Assembly: GCA_024236415.1 (NCBI GenBank)
Contig: JACKKN010000014.1
Coordinates: 13,045 to 77,044 of the forward strand
Direction: 5' to 3'
Length of the DNA: 64,000 bases
DNA from: Hyphomicrobiales bacterium
GTDB lineage: Bacteria; Pseudomonadota; Alphaproteobacteria; Rhodospirillales; JACKKN01
The notes beneath the pieces were generated by a model. That model ran no database searches, was not told where the DNA came from, and worked only from the letters and a program-made list of their open reading frames with translations. The position numbers and the translations under genes are program-made. Position 1 is the stretch's first letter. Each line of letters opens with the position of its first letter. Of the stretch, positions 1 through 9,484 are shown piece by piece.

Positions 1-265
1 GCCAGACCACCCGGTCGTCGAAGAACAGGTCCGGGGGCAGGTCGCGTGCCGCGCCGTCGCCGGCGTGCAGCAGCGCGAGCCACAGGTCGCCGGGGGCGCA
101 GGGGCCGACCATGGCCCGGGCCAGCTTGACGGCGTCGGGGCCGCATTTGTTCAAAAACGTGACCCGGTGGGGGAACAGGTGGCGCAGGGAGTATCCGCGC
201 TCGACGAAGCGGGGCAGCAGGCCGGCGTCGGCCTCGCGGAAGCGGTGGACCGGCGGGGCGCTCAT
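1..265 (-). CDS. hypothetical protein, N-terminal part only (gene runs off the left edge)
   Basis: Not in the ORF track because it is open at the window edge. The reverse-strand ATG at 263-265 overlaps the TGA stop of the upstream glycosyltransferase gene (ATGA overlap). My manual translation, MSAPPVHRFREADAGLLPRFVERGYSLRHLFPHRVTFLNKCGPDAVKLARAMVGP..., stays open to position 1 with GC-rich third codon positions. Confidence 0.4.
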   Translation of the reverse strand, partial: MSAPPVHRFREADAGLLPRFVERGYSLRHLFPHRVTFLNKCGPDAVKLARAMVGPCAPGDLWLALLHAGDGAARDLPPDLFFDDRVVW

Positions 266-1248
266 GGCCGCGGCGCCGCCTCCACCAGTTGGAAGTCCGG
301 CGCGTCCCAGCGCGGCGCCAGGAAACCCAGGACCAGGAACCAGGCCCCCACCAGGCGCACCGGGACGTAGTTCCGGTACCGGCCGCGCAGGGCCAGTTGC
401 GCGAAGTCCAGGGCCATCAGGGCCAGGGCGGCGGCGATGGCTGCCGCCTGCCCCGTGGCCAGGGCTGCCGCCAGCAGCGCCTGGGTCGCCAGCCCGGTGG
501 CGACGCCGGCGAAGACGCTGTGCCCGTGCCACAGGCGCCGGGGCGCCGCCAGGTGCTTGCGGATCAGGGCCCCCAGGGGCCGCGTGTACTGTTCGCGGTA
601 GAAGGCGCCGCGGCGGTCGGCGTGGTAGTAGGACACGGTGTGGTGGATGCCCATGACCATGGGCAGGGCCAGGATGCGGAACCGGCCGGACAGCCGGATG
701 GACATGTCCGTGTCCTCGCACCGGGTCAGGCGGGGGTCATATCGTGGGCGGGCCGCGGTCACCGCGGGGCCCAGCATGACGATGCCGTGGAACAGGTGGC
801 ACGGGCCGCCGCCGCCGACGGCGTAGCGGTCGCCGCCCTCGGCGATGCGCCGGTGCTGGCCGTCGTACAGCACCTCGGGCAGGCGGCCGAACACGATGTC
901 GGCGCGGTCCTCGGCCAGGGCGGCCAGGGCGGCGGCCACGAACCCGGGCTCGACGGCCACGTCGCCGTCGACGAGGAATACCGGGCCGGGCCCCGCCGCA
1001 TCCAGGATCACGTTACGGGTGGCAGACAGGTTGACGTGGCCTTGCATGGACAGCACGCGCGTATCGGCGCGGCCGCCGGCAAACGCCTGCATGGCGGCCA
1101 GGGTGCCGTCGGAGGACCCGGAGTCGACCAGCACGAACCGCACCCCCGGCACCCGCGCCGCCACCGCGGGCAGGGCGTCCAGGCAGGCGGTCAGGTGCGG
1201 AAGCCCGTTGCGGCAGGCGATTCCGACGGTCAGGGTCAGCTCGTCCAT
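262..1248 (-). CDS. family 2 glycosyltransferase (GT-A fold) with C-terminal membrane segments
   Basis: ORF 262..1779 trimmed to the ATG at 1248 (MDELTLTVGIACRNGLPHLTACLDALP...VRFVLVDSGSSDGT...FLVDGDVAVEPGF). These are typical GT2 N-terminal motifs including a DxD-like DGD, and the C-terminus is hydrophobic. The upstream 177 codons of the ORF are Arg/Pro-rich and run into the divergent gene, so I treat them as spurious. Confidence 0.8.
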   Translation of the reverse strand: MDELTLTVGIACRNGLPHLTACLDALPAVAARVPGVRFVLVDSGSSDGTLAAMQAFAGGRADTRVLSMQGHVNLSATRNVILDAAGPGPVFLVDGDVAVEPGFVAAALAALAEDRADIVFGRLPEVLYDGQHRRIAEGGDRYAVGGGGPCHLFHGIVMLGPAVTAARPRYDPRLTRCEDTDMSIRLSGRFRILALPMVMGIHHTVSYYHADRRGAFYREQYTRPLGALIRKHLAAPRRLWHGHSVFAGVATGLATQALLAAALATGQAAAIAAALALMALDFAQLALRGRYRNYVPVRLVGAWFLVLGFLAPRWDAPDFQLVEAAPRP

Positions 1249-1378
1249 GGCCCATGGTAGGCGGGCGCCGACGCCCCGGCAACGGTCTAGCGGGCACGGC
1301 ACGCGGCGTCTGTATCGCCCGGCGCCCCCGTGGTAGGGTCGCCGCTGACCACCACCGGACGGACCGTTCCCGATCGCC

Positions 1379-2503
1379 ATGCACGTCTGCCTGCTCTGCA
1401 CCGAAATCTTCCGCTGGGGGAAGTACGGCGGGTTCGGCCGCACGGCGCGCGCCGTGGGCCGCGCGCTGGCCAGCCGCGGGGTGCGGGTGTCGGCCGTGGT
1501 GCCCCTGCCGCGGGGCAGCCGCACGCCGGTGCGCGAGGAATTCGACGGCATCACCGTGCTCGGATATCCGCCGGCGGCGACCTGGGCCAGCCAGGACCTG
1601 TACCGCCAGGTCGACGCCGACCTGTACCACAGCATCGAACCCTTCACCGGCACCTGGCTGGCGCAGCGGGCCATGCCCGACCGGGCCCACGTGGTGACGT
1701 TCCAGGACCCGCGCCTGTTCCGCGACTGGTGGATCGAGTTCCGCCACCCGACCCGGGCCCGCCGGCAGACGGCGACCACCTGGCTGTACTACGAAAACCC
1801 CATGGTCCGCGCCGCCGTGCGCCGCTGCCACGGCTGCTCCGTCGCCGCGACCTCCCTGAGCGCCAAGGCCATGGCCAAGTACGGCCTGGACCGGGAGCCG
1901 GCGTTCCTGCCCACGCCGGTGGCCATCCCCGAGACGGTCGACAAGGCGGCGCGGCCCACGGCCTGCTTCGTCGGCCGGTTCGACCGGGTCAAGCGGCCGC
2001 AGGTGTTCTTCGACCTGGCCGCCCGCTGCCCGGACGTGGACTTCGTGGCCCTGGGCGGCGCCCAGGACGCGCGGTTCGAGCGCGAGCTGATGGACCGCGC
2101 GCCGCTGCCGCCGAACCTGACGCTGGCCGGGTTCATCAACCAGTTCGAGAGCGACGAGCTGAACCGCCACCTGGCGCGCAATTGGATCCTGGTCAACACC
2201 TCGGCCAAGGAGGGGCTGCCCAACGCCTTCGTCGAGGCCGCCGCCCACGGCTGCGCCATCCTCAGCGCCTTCGACCCCGACGGCTTCGCCTCGCGCTTCG
2301 GGCATCTGGTGACGGACGGCGACTACGCCGCCGGCCTGGCGGTCCTGCTGCGCGACGACCTGTGGCGCGAACGCGGCGCCGCCGGGCGCGATCACGTGCG
2401 CCGCCACTTCGCTGTCGATCTGGTCATGGACCGGTACCTGGATTTCTACGCCGCGGCGCTGGCGCGGGCCGGTCGCGGTTCGGTTCGCGCCGGCGCCATG
2501 TGA
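1379..2503 (+). CDS. family 1 (GT4-like, GT-B fold) glycosyltransferase
   Basis: 374-aa ORF. The N-terminus MHVCLLCTEIFRWGKYGGFGRTARAVGRALASRG is a typical GT4 start. The C-terminal half carries the EGLPNAFVEAAAHGCAIL motif (E-x7-E region of retaining GT-B enzymes). Divergent from the GT2 gene. Confidence 0.8.
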   Translation: MHVCLLCTEIFRWGKYGGFGRTARAVGRALASRGVRVSAVVPLPRGSRTPVREEFDGITVLGYPPAATWASQDLYRQVDADLYHSIEPFTGTWLAQRAMPDRAHVVTFQDPRLFRDWWIEFRHPTRARRQTATTWLYYENPMVRAAVRRCHGCSVAATSLSAKAMAKYGLDREPAFLPTPVAIPETVDKAARPTACFVGRFDRVKRPQVFFDLAARCPDVDFVALGGAQDARFERELMDRAPLPPNLTLAGFINQFESDELNRHLARNWILVNTSAKEGLPNAFVEAAAHGCAILSAFDPDGFASRFGHLVTDGDYAAGLAVLLRDDLWRERGAAGRDHVRRHFAVDLVMDRYLDFYAAALARAGRGSVRAGAM

Positions 2504-2703
2504 GCATTCTGTGCATCCGGACCAAATTATGGACGAAATGGTCGAATTTCGCCGCATGCCTGCAATCATCGGGCGGCAGGCCGCCTGACACGCCGACGCC
2601 GAGCCTGGAAGTCCGGCAAAAAATTTTGGATACTCTGACGGTTGCGTGTGTTTTCGCGGTCGGCGATTGAACAGAAGTCGATTGCGCCGGCGTTCAGGGG
2701 GCC

Positions 2704-5700
2704 ATGCCGTCATCCAACGAACAGTACCGCGGAATTGCCGACTGGCGGACCTGGGTTCTGCCGGCGGTCGCCTGCGCGGCCCTGGCCGCCGTTGCGGCCC
2801 TGAACTTCCTCCTGTTCCATACCCTGGCCGAACTGTTCGCCATCGTCGTCGCCCTGCTGGCCTTCCCCGTCGCCTGGTACACCTTTCCGTTCTCGCGCAA
2901 CAACTACCTGATGTTCCTGGCCTGCGGGTATTTCTGGATCGCCGTCCTGGACACCGCCCACACCTTCGCCTTCAAGGGCATGGGCATCCTGCCGGCCACC
3001 GGGCAGGCCAACGCCGCGACCCAGTTCTGGCTGGCGGCGCGGTACTGCGAGGCGGTGCTGTTGGCGGTGGCGCCGGCCTATCTGCATCGGACGGTTGACC
3101 GCGGGATCGCCTTCGGTGCCTTCGGCGCGGTGGCGGTGACCTGCGGCGGGGTGATCCTCGCCGGGCATTTCCCCGACGCGTTCGCGGAAGGCTCCGGACT
3201 GACCGGGTTCAAGATCGCCAGCGAATACGTGATCATCGTCGTTCTGTGCGGCGCCTTGGCGCACCTGTTGGCGCGGCGGCGGGCCCTGGGACCGATCATG
3301 TGCCCCATGGTGGCGACGGCCATCGTGCTGACCGCGGTGGCGGAATTCTGCTTCACCACCTACGTGCAGGTCTTCGACACCGCCCTCGTGGTCGGCCACC
3401 TGTTGAAGCTGGTGTCGTTCTGGCTGATCTTCGTGTCGGTGGTGCATTCGTCCCTGGTCCAGCCGTCGCTGGATCTGCGGCGCCAGTACGAGGACCGCGA
3501 GCGCATCACCAGCGAGCTGCGCGCCTCGGAACGCCAGGTCCGCGGCATCCTCGATAACATGGCCGACACGTTCTACCGCACCGACGCCGACGGCGTGGTG
3601 GTCCAGGTCTCGCAGTCCGTGTACGACATGCTGGGCTACCGGCCCGACGAGGTCCTGGGCCGGCGCCTGGTTGAATTCTACAGCAATCCGGCCGACCGCG
3701 ACGGACTGCTGGCGGAAATGGCGGCCAAGGGCGGCCGCGTCCAGGGTTACCGGGTGAAGCTGGTCCACAAGGCCGGGCACGAGGTTTGGATCGCGAGTAG
3801 CTCGCGGTTTGTTCTGGACGATGCCGGCGAGGTGGCCGGAGTCGAGGGGACGGCACGCGACATTACCGAGGACCTGCGCGCCGAGCAGGCCCTGCGCACC
3901 AGCGAGGAGCGGTTCCGCGCCCTGACCGAGAACGTCATGGACCTGATCGGCGTCCTTCGCCCCGACGGCAACGTCCGCTTCGTGTCGCCGTCGGTGCAGC
4001 GCGTGCTGGGATACGAGGCGGCCGAGCTGGTCGGCCGCAACGTGCTGGAATTCGTCCACCCCGACGACCAGCAGACCATGCAGGACGAGACAGGGCGGCT
4101 GCTCCTCGACCCGGACTATGTCAGCTCGGTCGAGGTGCGTTTCCGCCGCCGCGACGGCACCTGGGTGGTCTATGAATGCTTCGGCCGCAACCTGCTGGAC
4201 AACGCGGCGGTCGGCGGGATCGTGGTCAACGGCCACGACGTGACCAAGCACCGCCTGGCCGAGGCCGAGGCGCGCCGCGCCCACGCCATGATGGTCGACG
4301 CCATCGACGCCATTTCCGAAGGGTTCGTCCTGTACGACGCCGACGACCGCCTGGTCCTGTGGAACAGCAAGTACCTGGAGATCTACGCCGACAGCGCCGA
4401 GGCCATCAGGCCGGGCAACTCGTTCGAGGACATCCTGCGCCACGGGATCGAACGCGGCCAGTACGCGGACGCCGGCGGCGACCCCGAGAAATGGATCCTC
4501 GAACGCCTGGCGCGGCACCGCAACCCGCAGGGTCCCATCGAACAGCACCTGTCGGACGGCCGCTGGCTGAGGATCGAGGAGCGCCCGACCAAGGACGGCG
4601 GCATCGTCGGCATCCGCGCCGACATCACCGACCTGAAGAACGCCGAACAGGACATCCGCCGCCGCGCCTACTACGACTCCCTGACCGGCCTGGCGAACCG
4701 CTCCAACTGCATGGAGCGGCTGCGCGATTCCATCGTCCGGGCGCAGCGCGCCCGGACCATGTTCGGGCTGCTGTACATCGACCTGGACGGCTTCAAGAAG
4801 ACCAACGACACCCTGGGCCACTCCATCGGCGACCAGCTCCTGTGCCAGGCCGCCGAGCGCATCAAGTCCTGCCTGCGCGAAAGCGACCACGTGGCGCGCC
4901 TGGGCGGCGACGAGTTCACCGTGATCGCCGCCGACCTGAAGGACGAGATCGGCCTCTCGATCGTGTGCGAGACCATCAACCGCCGCCTGGCCGAGGTCTT
5001 CGTCATCGACGGGCACGAGGTCTATACCGGGGCCAGCATCGGCGTCACCGTCTATCCCGGCGACGGCGACGACGTGGAGGCGCTGCTGCGCAACGCCGAC
5101 ATGGCCATGTACGACGCCAAGGACTCGGGCCGCAACACCTTCAAGTTCTTCACCCGCGAGCTGACCGAGCGGGCCGAAACCTTCGTCCGGATCGAGAACG
5201 AGCTGCGCCGCGCCGTCCGGGAAGGGGAGTTCGTCCTGCACTACCAGGCGGTCTACGACCTGCAGCGCAACGGCGTCGCCGGGGTCGAGGCGCTGCTGCG
5301 CTGGCAGCACCCCACGCGCGGCCTGATCGGGCCGGACACGTTCATCGAGGTGGCCGAGCGCAGCGGGCTGATCGTGCCCATCGGCGAATGGGTGCTGGAG
5401 ACCGCGGTGCGGGCCATGGCCGCCAGCGGGACGCCGGGCTTCGTCGCCGTCAACCTGTCGACGCGCCAGTTCCGCGCCGGCTTCAACGCCCGCCAGGTCT
5501 CCGAGACCCTGTCCCGCGCCGGCTTCGACCCCGGCCGCCTGGTGCTGGAGATCACGGAATCCCTGCTGCTGGAGGACAATGTCGAGGTGCAGGGCGTGTT
5601 CAAGGACCTGCGCGCCATCGGCGTCGCCATCGCCGTCGACGATTTCGGCACCGGCTATTCGGCGCTCAGCTACCTGCGGCAGTTCCCGGTGTCCAAGCTC

Positions 5701-5943
5701 AAGGTCGACAAGTCCTTCGTGCGCGAGCTGGAAACCAACGAGAGCGACGTGCGTCTGGTCGAGACCATCATCGGCATGGCCGACGGGCTGGGGCTGGACC
5801 TGATCGCCGAGGGGGTCGAGACGCCGCGCCAGCGCGACATCCTACGCGACCTGGGATGCCGCTTCATCCAGGGGTACTTCATCGGCCGGCCAGAGGCGGA
5901 CATCGCCGCCGTCCTGGGCCGCGCCAACGCCGCTTGCAACTGA
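2704..5943 (+). CDS. membrane-anchored PAS/PAS/PAS-GGDEF-EAL signalling protein (c-di-GMP turnover)
   Basis: 1079-aa ORF. The N-terminal ~260 aa are multi-pass hydrophobic (FHTLAELFAIVVALLAF...; MASE3-like as far as I recall). Three PAS-like segments follow, then a GGDEF domain with an intact RLGGDEFTV motif. The EAL domain has EALLRW, DDFGTGYS and KVDKSFV motifs. Confidence 0.9.
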   Translation: MPSSNEQYRGIADWRTWVLPAVACAALAAVAALNFLLFHTLAELFAIVVALLAFPVAWYTFPFSRNNYLMFLACGYFWIAVLDTAHTFAFKGMGILPATGQANAATQFWLAARYCEAVLLAVAPAYLHRTVDRGIAFGAFGAVAVTCGGVILAGHFPDAFAEGSGLTGFKIASEYVIIVVLCGALAHLLARRRALGPIMCPMVATAIVLTAVAEFCFTTYVQVFDTALVVGHLLKLVSFWLIFVSVVHSSLVQPSLDLRRQYEDRERITSELRASERQVRGILDNMADTFYRTDADGVVVQVSQSVYDMLGYRPDEVLGRRLVEFYSNPADRDGLLAEMAAKGGRVQGYRVKLVHKAGHEVWIASSSRFVLDDAGEVAGVEGTARDITEDLRAEQALRTSEERFRALTENVMDLIGVLRPDGNVRFVSPSVQRVLGYEAAELVGRNVLEFVHPDDQQTMQDETGRLLLDPDYVSSVEVRFRRRDGTWVVYECFGRNLLDNAAVGGIVVNGHDVTKHRLAEAEARRAHAMMVDAIDAISEGFVLYDADDRLVLWNSKYLEIYADSAEAIRPGNSFEDILRHGIERGQYADAGGDPEKWILERLARHRNPQGPIEQHLSDGRWLRIEERPTKDGGIVGIRADITDLKNAEQDIRRRAYYDSLTGLANRSNCMERLRDSIVRAQRARTMFGLLYIDLDGFKKTNDTLGHSIGDQLLCQAAERIKSCLRESDHVARLGGDEFTVIAADLKDEIGLSIVCETINRRLAEVFVIDGHEVYTGASIGVTVYPGDGDDVEALLRNADMAMYDAKDSGRNTFKFFTRELTERAETFVRIENELRRAVREGEFVLHYQAVYDLQRNGVAGVEALLRWQHPTRGLIGPDTFIEVAERSGLIVPIGEWVLETAVRAMAASGTPGFVAVNLSTRQFRAGFNARQVSETLSRAGFDPGRLVLEITESLLLEDNVEVQGVFKDLRAIGVAIAVDDFGTGYSALSYLRQFPVSKLKVDKSFVRELETNESDVRLVETIIGMADGLGLDLIAEGVETPRQRDILRDLGCRFIQGYFIGRPEADIAAVLGRANAACN

Positions 5944-5998
5944 GCCGCCGCCGACCGGCATGTATTTGAAATCAACTTGAAGACATAATCATAATATC

Positions 5999-6592
5999 AT
6001 GAAATTGAACGATATTGATTCCCTGACGGCGGACACCATCGTGCCCTTCATCTCCGCCATCTTCGACCGCCGCGGCGCCGAGGCCTACCTGGGCGAGCCG
6101 GTGTCCATGGCCGAGCACATGCTGCAGGGCGCCATGCTGGCCGAACGCGGCGGCCAGGACGAGACCGTGATCGTCGCCGCCCTGCTGCACGACATCGGCC
6201 ATTTCACCAGCCGGTCGGGCACATTCTCCATGGACGACACCGAGGACAAGCTGCACGAGGTGGCCGGGGCCGAGCTGCTGCAACCGTTCTTCCCGCCGGT
6301 GGTGGTGGCCTGCGTGCGCCACCACGTGGCCGCCAAGCGCTACCTGTGCGCCACCCGGGCCGACTACTTCGCCCGCCTGTCGGAGCCGTCCAGGCACTCG
6401 CTGATGCTGCAGGGCGGCCCCATGACCGCCGCCGAGGTGGCGGCGTTCGAGCGCATCCCCGACCACCGCACGGTGATCAAGGTCCGCTACCTGGACGACG
6501 CCGGCAAGCGCGCCGGGGTCGCAACCCCGTCCTTCGCCCACTACGCGCCCATGGCGCAGCGGCTGGTGGACGCCCATTGCCCGGCCGGGTAG
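5999..6592 (+). CDS. HD-domain protein, PhnZ-like (phosphonate-degradation-associated HD / MIOX-like family)
   Basis: 197-aa ORF with an HD motif (AALLHDIGHF) and a later HHVAAKRYL. The overall pattern matches the phosphonate-associated HD family as I remember it. There is an AT-rich promoter-like stretch immediately upstream (about 5960-5998). Confidence 0.65.
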   Translation: MKLNDIDSLTADTIVPFISAIFDRRGAEAYLGEPVSMAEHMLQGAMLAERGGQDETVIVAALLHDIGHFTSRSGTFSMDDTEDKLHEVAGAELLQPFFPPVVVACVRHHVAAKRYLCATRADYFARLSEPSRHSLMLQGGPMTAAEVAAFERIPDHRTVIKVRYLDDAGKRAGVATPSFAHYAPMAQRLVDAHCPAG

Positions 6593-6650
6593 GCGGCGCC
6601 CCGTCGCGACCGGTCCCACAGGTCGGCGTCGCCGACCCGGGCGCCGGGCG

Positions 6651-7412
6651 CTATCCGTCGGCGCCGACGCGGAAGGCGATGCGGTGGCCCAGGTCGTCCT
6701 CGCCCTGGCCGACGGCGCCCCGGCCCTGGGAGGTCATGGTGCCCGCCGCCCTGCGGCCGTTGTCGCAGGCCAGCGTCCAGGTGCCCTGGCGCCGGTCGGC
6801 ATAGGTGAACGCGCCCGTGCACAGGCCCTTGCCGCCGGGCAGGCCGACCAACAGGCTGCCGCCGGTGCCCTTGCGGCGAATGTCGATGAACCCGCTGGCA
6901 CGTCCCAGGTAGCCCTGCCAGTCGACGTCGACGGGATGGCGTTCGGGCGCGGCGATGGCCATTTTCAGGTCATACAGTTCGACGCACTTGGCGGCGGTGG
7001 TGATCAGCCGGGTGCCGTCGGGCAGGGCACAGTCCATGACCGCGGCCGGGTCCGACCCGGTGTAGGCGATGCTGGGCACGCGGCCCGCGTCGGCGTCCTT
7101 CCAGACGACGACCCCGTCCCGTGCGTACACCTTGCAGGGCACGCCGTGGCTACCGTTCTGGCAGCCGTTGATGGCCACGTAGGCCGGATTGACGGAAGGG
7201 TCGCAAGCTCCGCCATGGGCGGGGCAATAGGAGTACGACGCCGATTTGCCGTCCAGGGAAACCGCGAAATCACGCCGGTTGGGGGTCGCCAGGTAGGCCT
7301 TGAAAGTGGCCTTGGCGAGGGGCGACAGGGTGACCGGCCCGCTGCCGAAATCCGAACTCTGGCAGGCGGACAGGGCCACCACGGCCGACAGCACGAACGC
7401 CGGGACTCGCAT
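6651..7412 (-). CDS. hypothetical lipoprotein
   Basis: ORF 6651..7439 trimmed to the ATG at 7412: MRVPAFVLSAVVALSAC-QSS gives a signal peptide plus lipobox (LSAC). A purine-rich GGGGGGAAA lies upstream. No recognisable domain; several Cys residues in the mature part. Confidence 0.6.
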   Translation of the reverse strand: MRVPAFVLSAVVALSACQSSDFGSGPVTLSPLAKATFKAYLATPNRRDFAVSLDGKSASYSYCPAHGGACDPSVNPAYVAINGCQNGSHGVPCKVYARDGVVVWKDADAGRVPSIAYTGSDPAAVMDCALPDGTRLITTAAKCVELYDLKMAIAAPERHPVDVDWQGYLGRASGFIDIRRKGTGGSLLVGLPGGKGLCTGAFTYADRRQGTWTLACDNGRRAAGTMTSQGRGAVGQGEDDLGHRIAFRVGADG

Positions 7413-7639
7413 CGGATTTCCCCCCACAGCGCGAAACACTCAATGGTAGCCCGGGGGTTGATACGGAGGTAGTAAAATTTGCAACGGGCCAGGGCCGTCC
7501 GGTTCACGCCGCGCGGGTCAGGGAAATGGTTTCCCTGCCTCGTCCGGCGGGCATCCACGCCGGCGCCGTCCAACCGCTGCCGCGGCCTTGACCGGGCGGC
7601 AAGGTGCCACCCGGCCAGGGGACCCAAGGCGATGGCGGC

Positions 7640-8725
7640 CTAGGCCGCCGGCATCTGGAACCCGGGGGTCGATTCCGACAGGGCCCGCTCCTCGGCCGTC
7701 ATGTCGGTTTCGATGCCCTCGAACAGGGGCGAGGAGAGGTAGCGCTCGCCGGTGTCGGGCAGCATGCACAGGATGACCGAGCCCGGCGCCGCCGTCTCGG
7801 CCACCTGCATGGCCACGGCGAAGGTGGAGCCGCCGGAGACGCCGGTCAGGATTCCCTCCTGCGCCGCCAGCTTGCGCGACCACTCGATGCCCACCGGGCC
7901 GGCCACGGGGATCAGGTCGTCGTAGTAGTGGTTGTCGATGGACTCCTGCAGCACCAGGGGGATGAAGTCCGGGGTCCAGCCCTGGATGGGGTGGGGCTGG
8001 AAGGCCGGGTGGCTTTCCGCCGGCGAGCCGTCGGCGGCCCGGCCCTGGGCGCGGCCGCTGCCGATCAGGGCGGCGTTGGCCGGCTCGCTGAGGATGATCC
8101 TGGTCTCGGGCCGCTCCTTCTTCAGCACCCGGCCGACGCCGGTCATGGTGCCGCCGGTGCCATAGCCGGTGACGAAGTAGTCCAGGCGCCGGCCGGCGAA
8201 GTCGCCCAGGATCTCGCGCGCCGTGGTGTTCTGGTGGATGGTGGCGTTGGCGTCGGTCTCGAACTGGCGGGCCAGGAACCAGCCGTTGGCCTCGGCCAGC
8301 TCGACGGCCTTGAGGTACATGCCGTACCCTTTCTGCTCCTTCGGCGTCAGCACCACCTTGGCGCCCAGGAACCGCATCAGGCGCCGGCGCTCGATGGAGA
8401 AACTTTCCGCCATGGTCACCACCAGGGGATAGCCCTTGGCGGCGCAGACCATGGCCAGGCCGATGCCGGTGTTGCCGCTGGTGGCCTCGACCACCGTCTG
8501 GCCCGGCTTCAGGGCGCCTCTGCGCTCGGCCTCCTCGATGATGGAGATGGCCAGGCGGTCCTTCACCGAGGCCAGGGGGTTGAAGTACTCGGCCTTGACG
8601 TAGACGGTCACGCCCTCGGGGGCCAGGCTGTTGACGCGGACGCAGGGGGTGTCGCCGATGGTGTCGACGATGCTGTCGTACAGGCGGCCGCGGCCGGAGG
8701 TTGTGCGTTGGGTCGGTGCGGTCAT
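7640..8725 (-). CDS. cysK: cysteine synthase (O-acetylserine sulfhydrylase family, PLP-dependent)
   Basis: 361-aa ORF with KAEYFNPLASVKDRLA (PLP lysine region), TSGNTGIGLA and GTGGT loops. It carries an internal insertion (GSGRAQGRAADGSPAESHPAFQP) and a C-terminal tail relative to canonical CysK. Confidence 0.85.
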   Translation of the reverse strand: MTAPTQRTTSGRGRLYDSIVDTIGDTPCVRVNSLAPEGVTVYVKAEYFNPLASVKDRLAISIIEEAERRGALKPGQTVVEATSGNTGIGLAMVCAAKGYPLVVTMAESFSIERRRLMRFLGAKVVLTPKEQKGYGMYLKAVELAEANGWFLARQFETDANATIHQNTTAREILGDFAGRRLDYFVTGYGTGGTMTGVGRVLKKERPETRIILSEPANAALIGSGRAQGRAADGSPAESHPAFQPHPIQGWTPDFIPLVLQESIDNHYYDDLIPVAGPVGIEWSRKLAAQEGILTGVSGGSTFAVAMQVAETAAPGSVILCMLPDTGERYLSSPLFEGIETDMTAEERALSESTPGFQMPAA

Positions 8726-8895
8726 GGCAGGTCTCCCGAGGGGTCAGGTGGGTCGTGGGGGTCGTGGGTGCCGCGGCGGCCGGGGGCGCGGCCGGTCTTG
8801 CGGGCACGGGGATTATATCGCCATTAAAACAGTTCAGTTCAAGAGAATGACGATTTATTACATTAAATTTCCGGGAAATGAAGTCCGCCGTCCGG

Positions 8896-9285
8896 CTAGG
8901 CCGCCGGAACCTCTTTCAGCACCACGGTCATGTTGCCGAACTCCTCGGCGATGTCCTCGCCGGTCTCGTGCATCCCGTCGTCGTCGGACTCGTAGCACCA
9001 AGTCAGGGTGACGGCGTTGCCGCGGGCGGCGCAGGCGTCCAGGACGTCGAACAGCCCGAACAGCACCTGGGCGGTGCTGCTGTGGAAATAGATGAACGCA
9101 CAGGTAACTTCGACCTGGGCCCCCTCCAGGGCCTCGAGATGTTGCGTCAGGGGGCCGAAGATGGGGTCGAAGAAGTCCTTGACGTTCTCGGGAAAGGAAT
9201 AGCCGCCGATGGCGAACCGGTTGGCGGAGAAATTGAAGTCCACGGCGGGCAGGATGTCGGTGCCGTCCAATCGAATGTTTTCCAT
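8896..9285 (-). CDS. DUF1987 / SiaC-like partner-switch phosphoprotein
   Basis: ORF 8896..9345 trimmed to the ATG at 9285 (MENIRLDGTDILPAVDFNFSANRFAIGGYSFPENVKDFFDPI...FIYFHSSTAQVLFGLFDVL...VTLTWCYESDDD...GEDIAEEF). The G-x-S-x-PEN, Y-x-N/H-SS and W-x-Y motifs match my recollection of Pseudomonas SiaC (PA0170). Confidence 0.7.
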   Translation of the reverse strand: MENIRLDGTDILPAVDFNFSANRFAIGGYSFPENVKDFFDPIFGPLTQHLEALEGAQVEVTCAFIYFHSSTAQVLFGLFDVLDACAARGNAVTLTWCYESDDDGMHETGEDIAEEFGNMTVVLKEVPAA

Positions 9286-9484
9286 GGCAGAATGTCCAAC
9301 CTCAAATGGTCGCGTGCGGCCAAGCGCGGCCCCGCGAGTCTTCAAATAAAGGGAAGTGGTACTCGAAGCGGCGCGTGGCCGGCAAGGGCGTTCCGCCGTA
9401 CCCGCGGCCGGGGGCCGGCAGACGCCGGTGCCCGTGGGGGCAAGACGCGATGCGTCCGGTCCTGTCCATTGCCGCCGCCATCCC

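Noticed and set aside
262-1779. Long N-terminal extensions of track ORFs (262..1779, 9485..11140, 10960..11919, 21163..21831, 27066..28745, 29029..30105, 34263..36308, 36200..38365, 40510..41523, 56447..58654, 58773..59522)
   Set aside because: The extra N-terminal codons are Arg/Pro/Gly-rich, often overlap the neighbouring or divergent gene, and precede an internal start that has an RBS and a canonical family N-terminus or signal peptide. I used the shorter gene models.
2710-5310. 866-aa minus-strand ORF opposite the PAS-GGDEF-EAL gene, and the other long alternative-frame ORFs (e.g. 11873..14836, 17648..20428, 17655..20150, 25764..28592, 38199..40625, 56555..58690)
   Set aside because: Each overlaps a gene with strong family signatures. 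All have the Arg/Pro/Gly/Ala-rich composition typical of non-coding frames in high-GC DNA.
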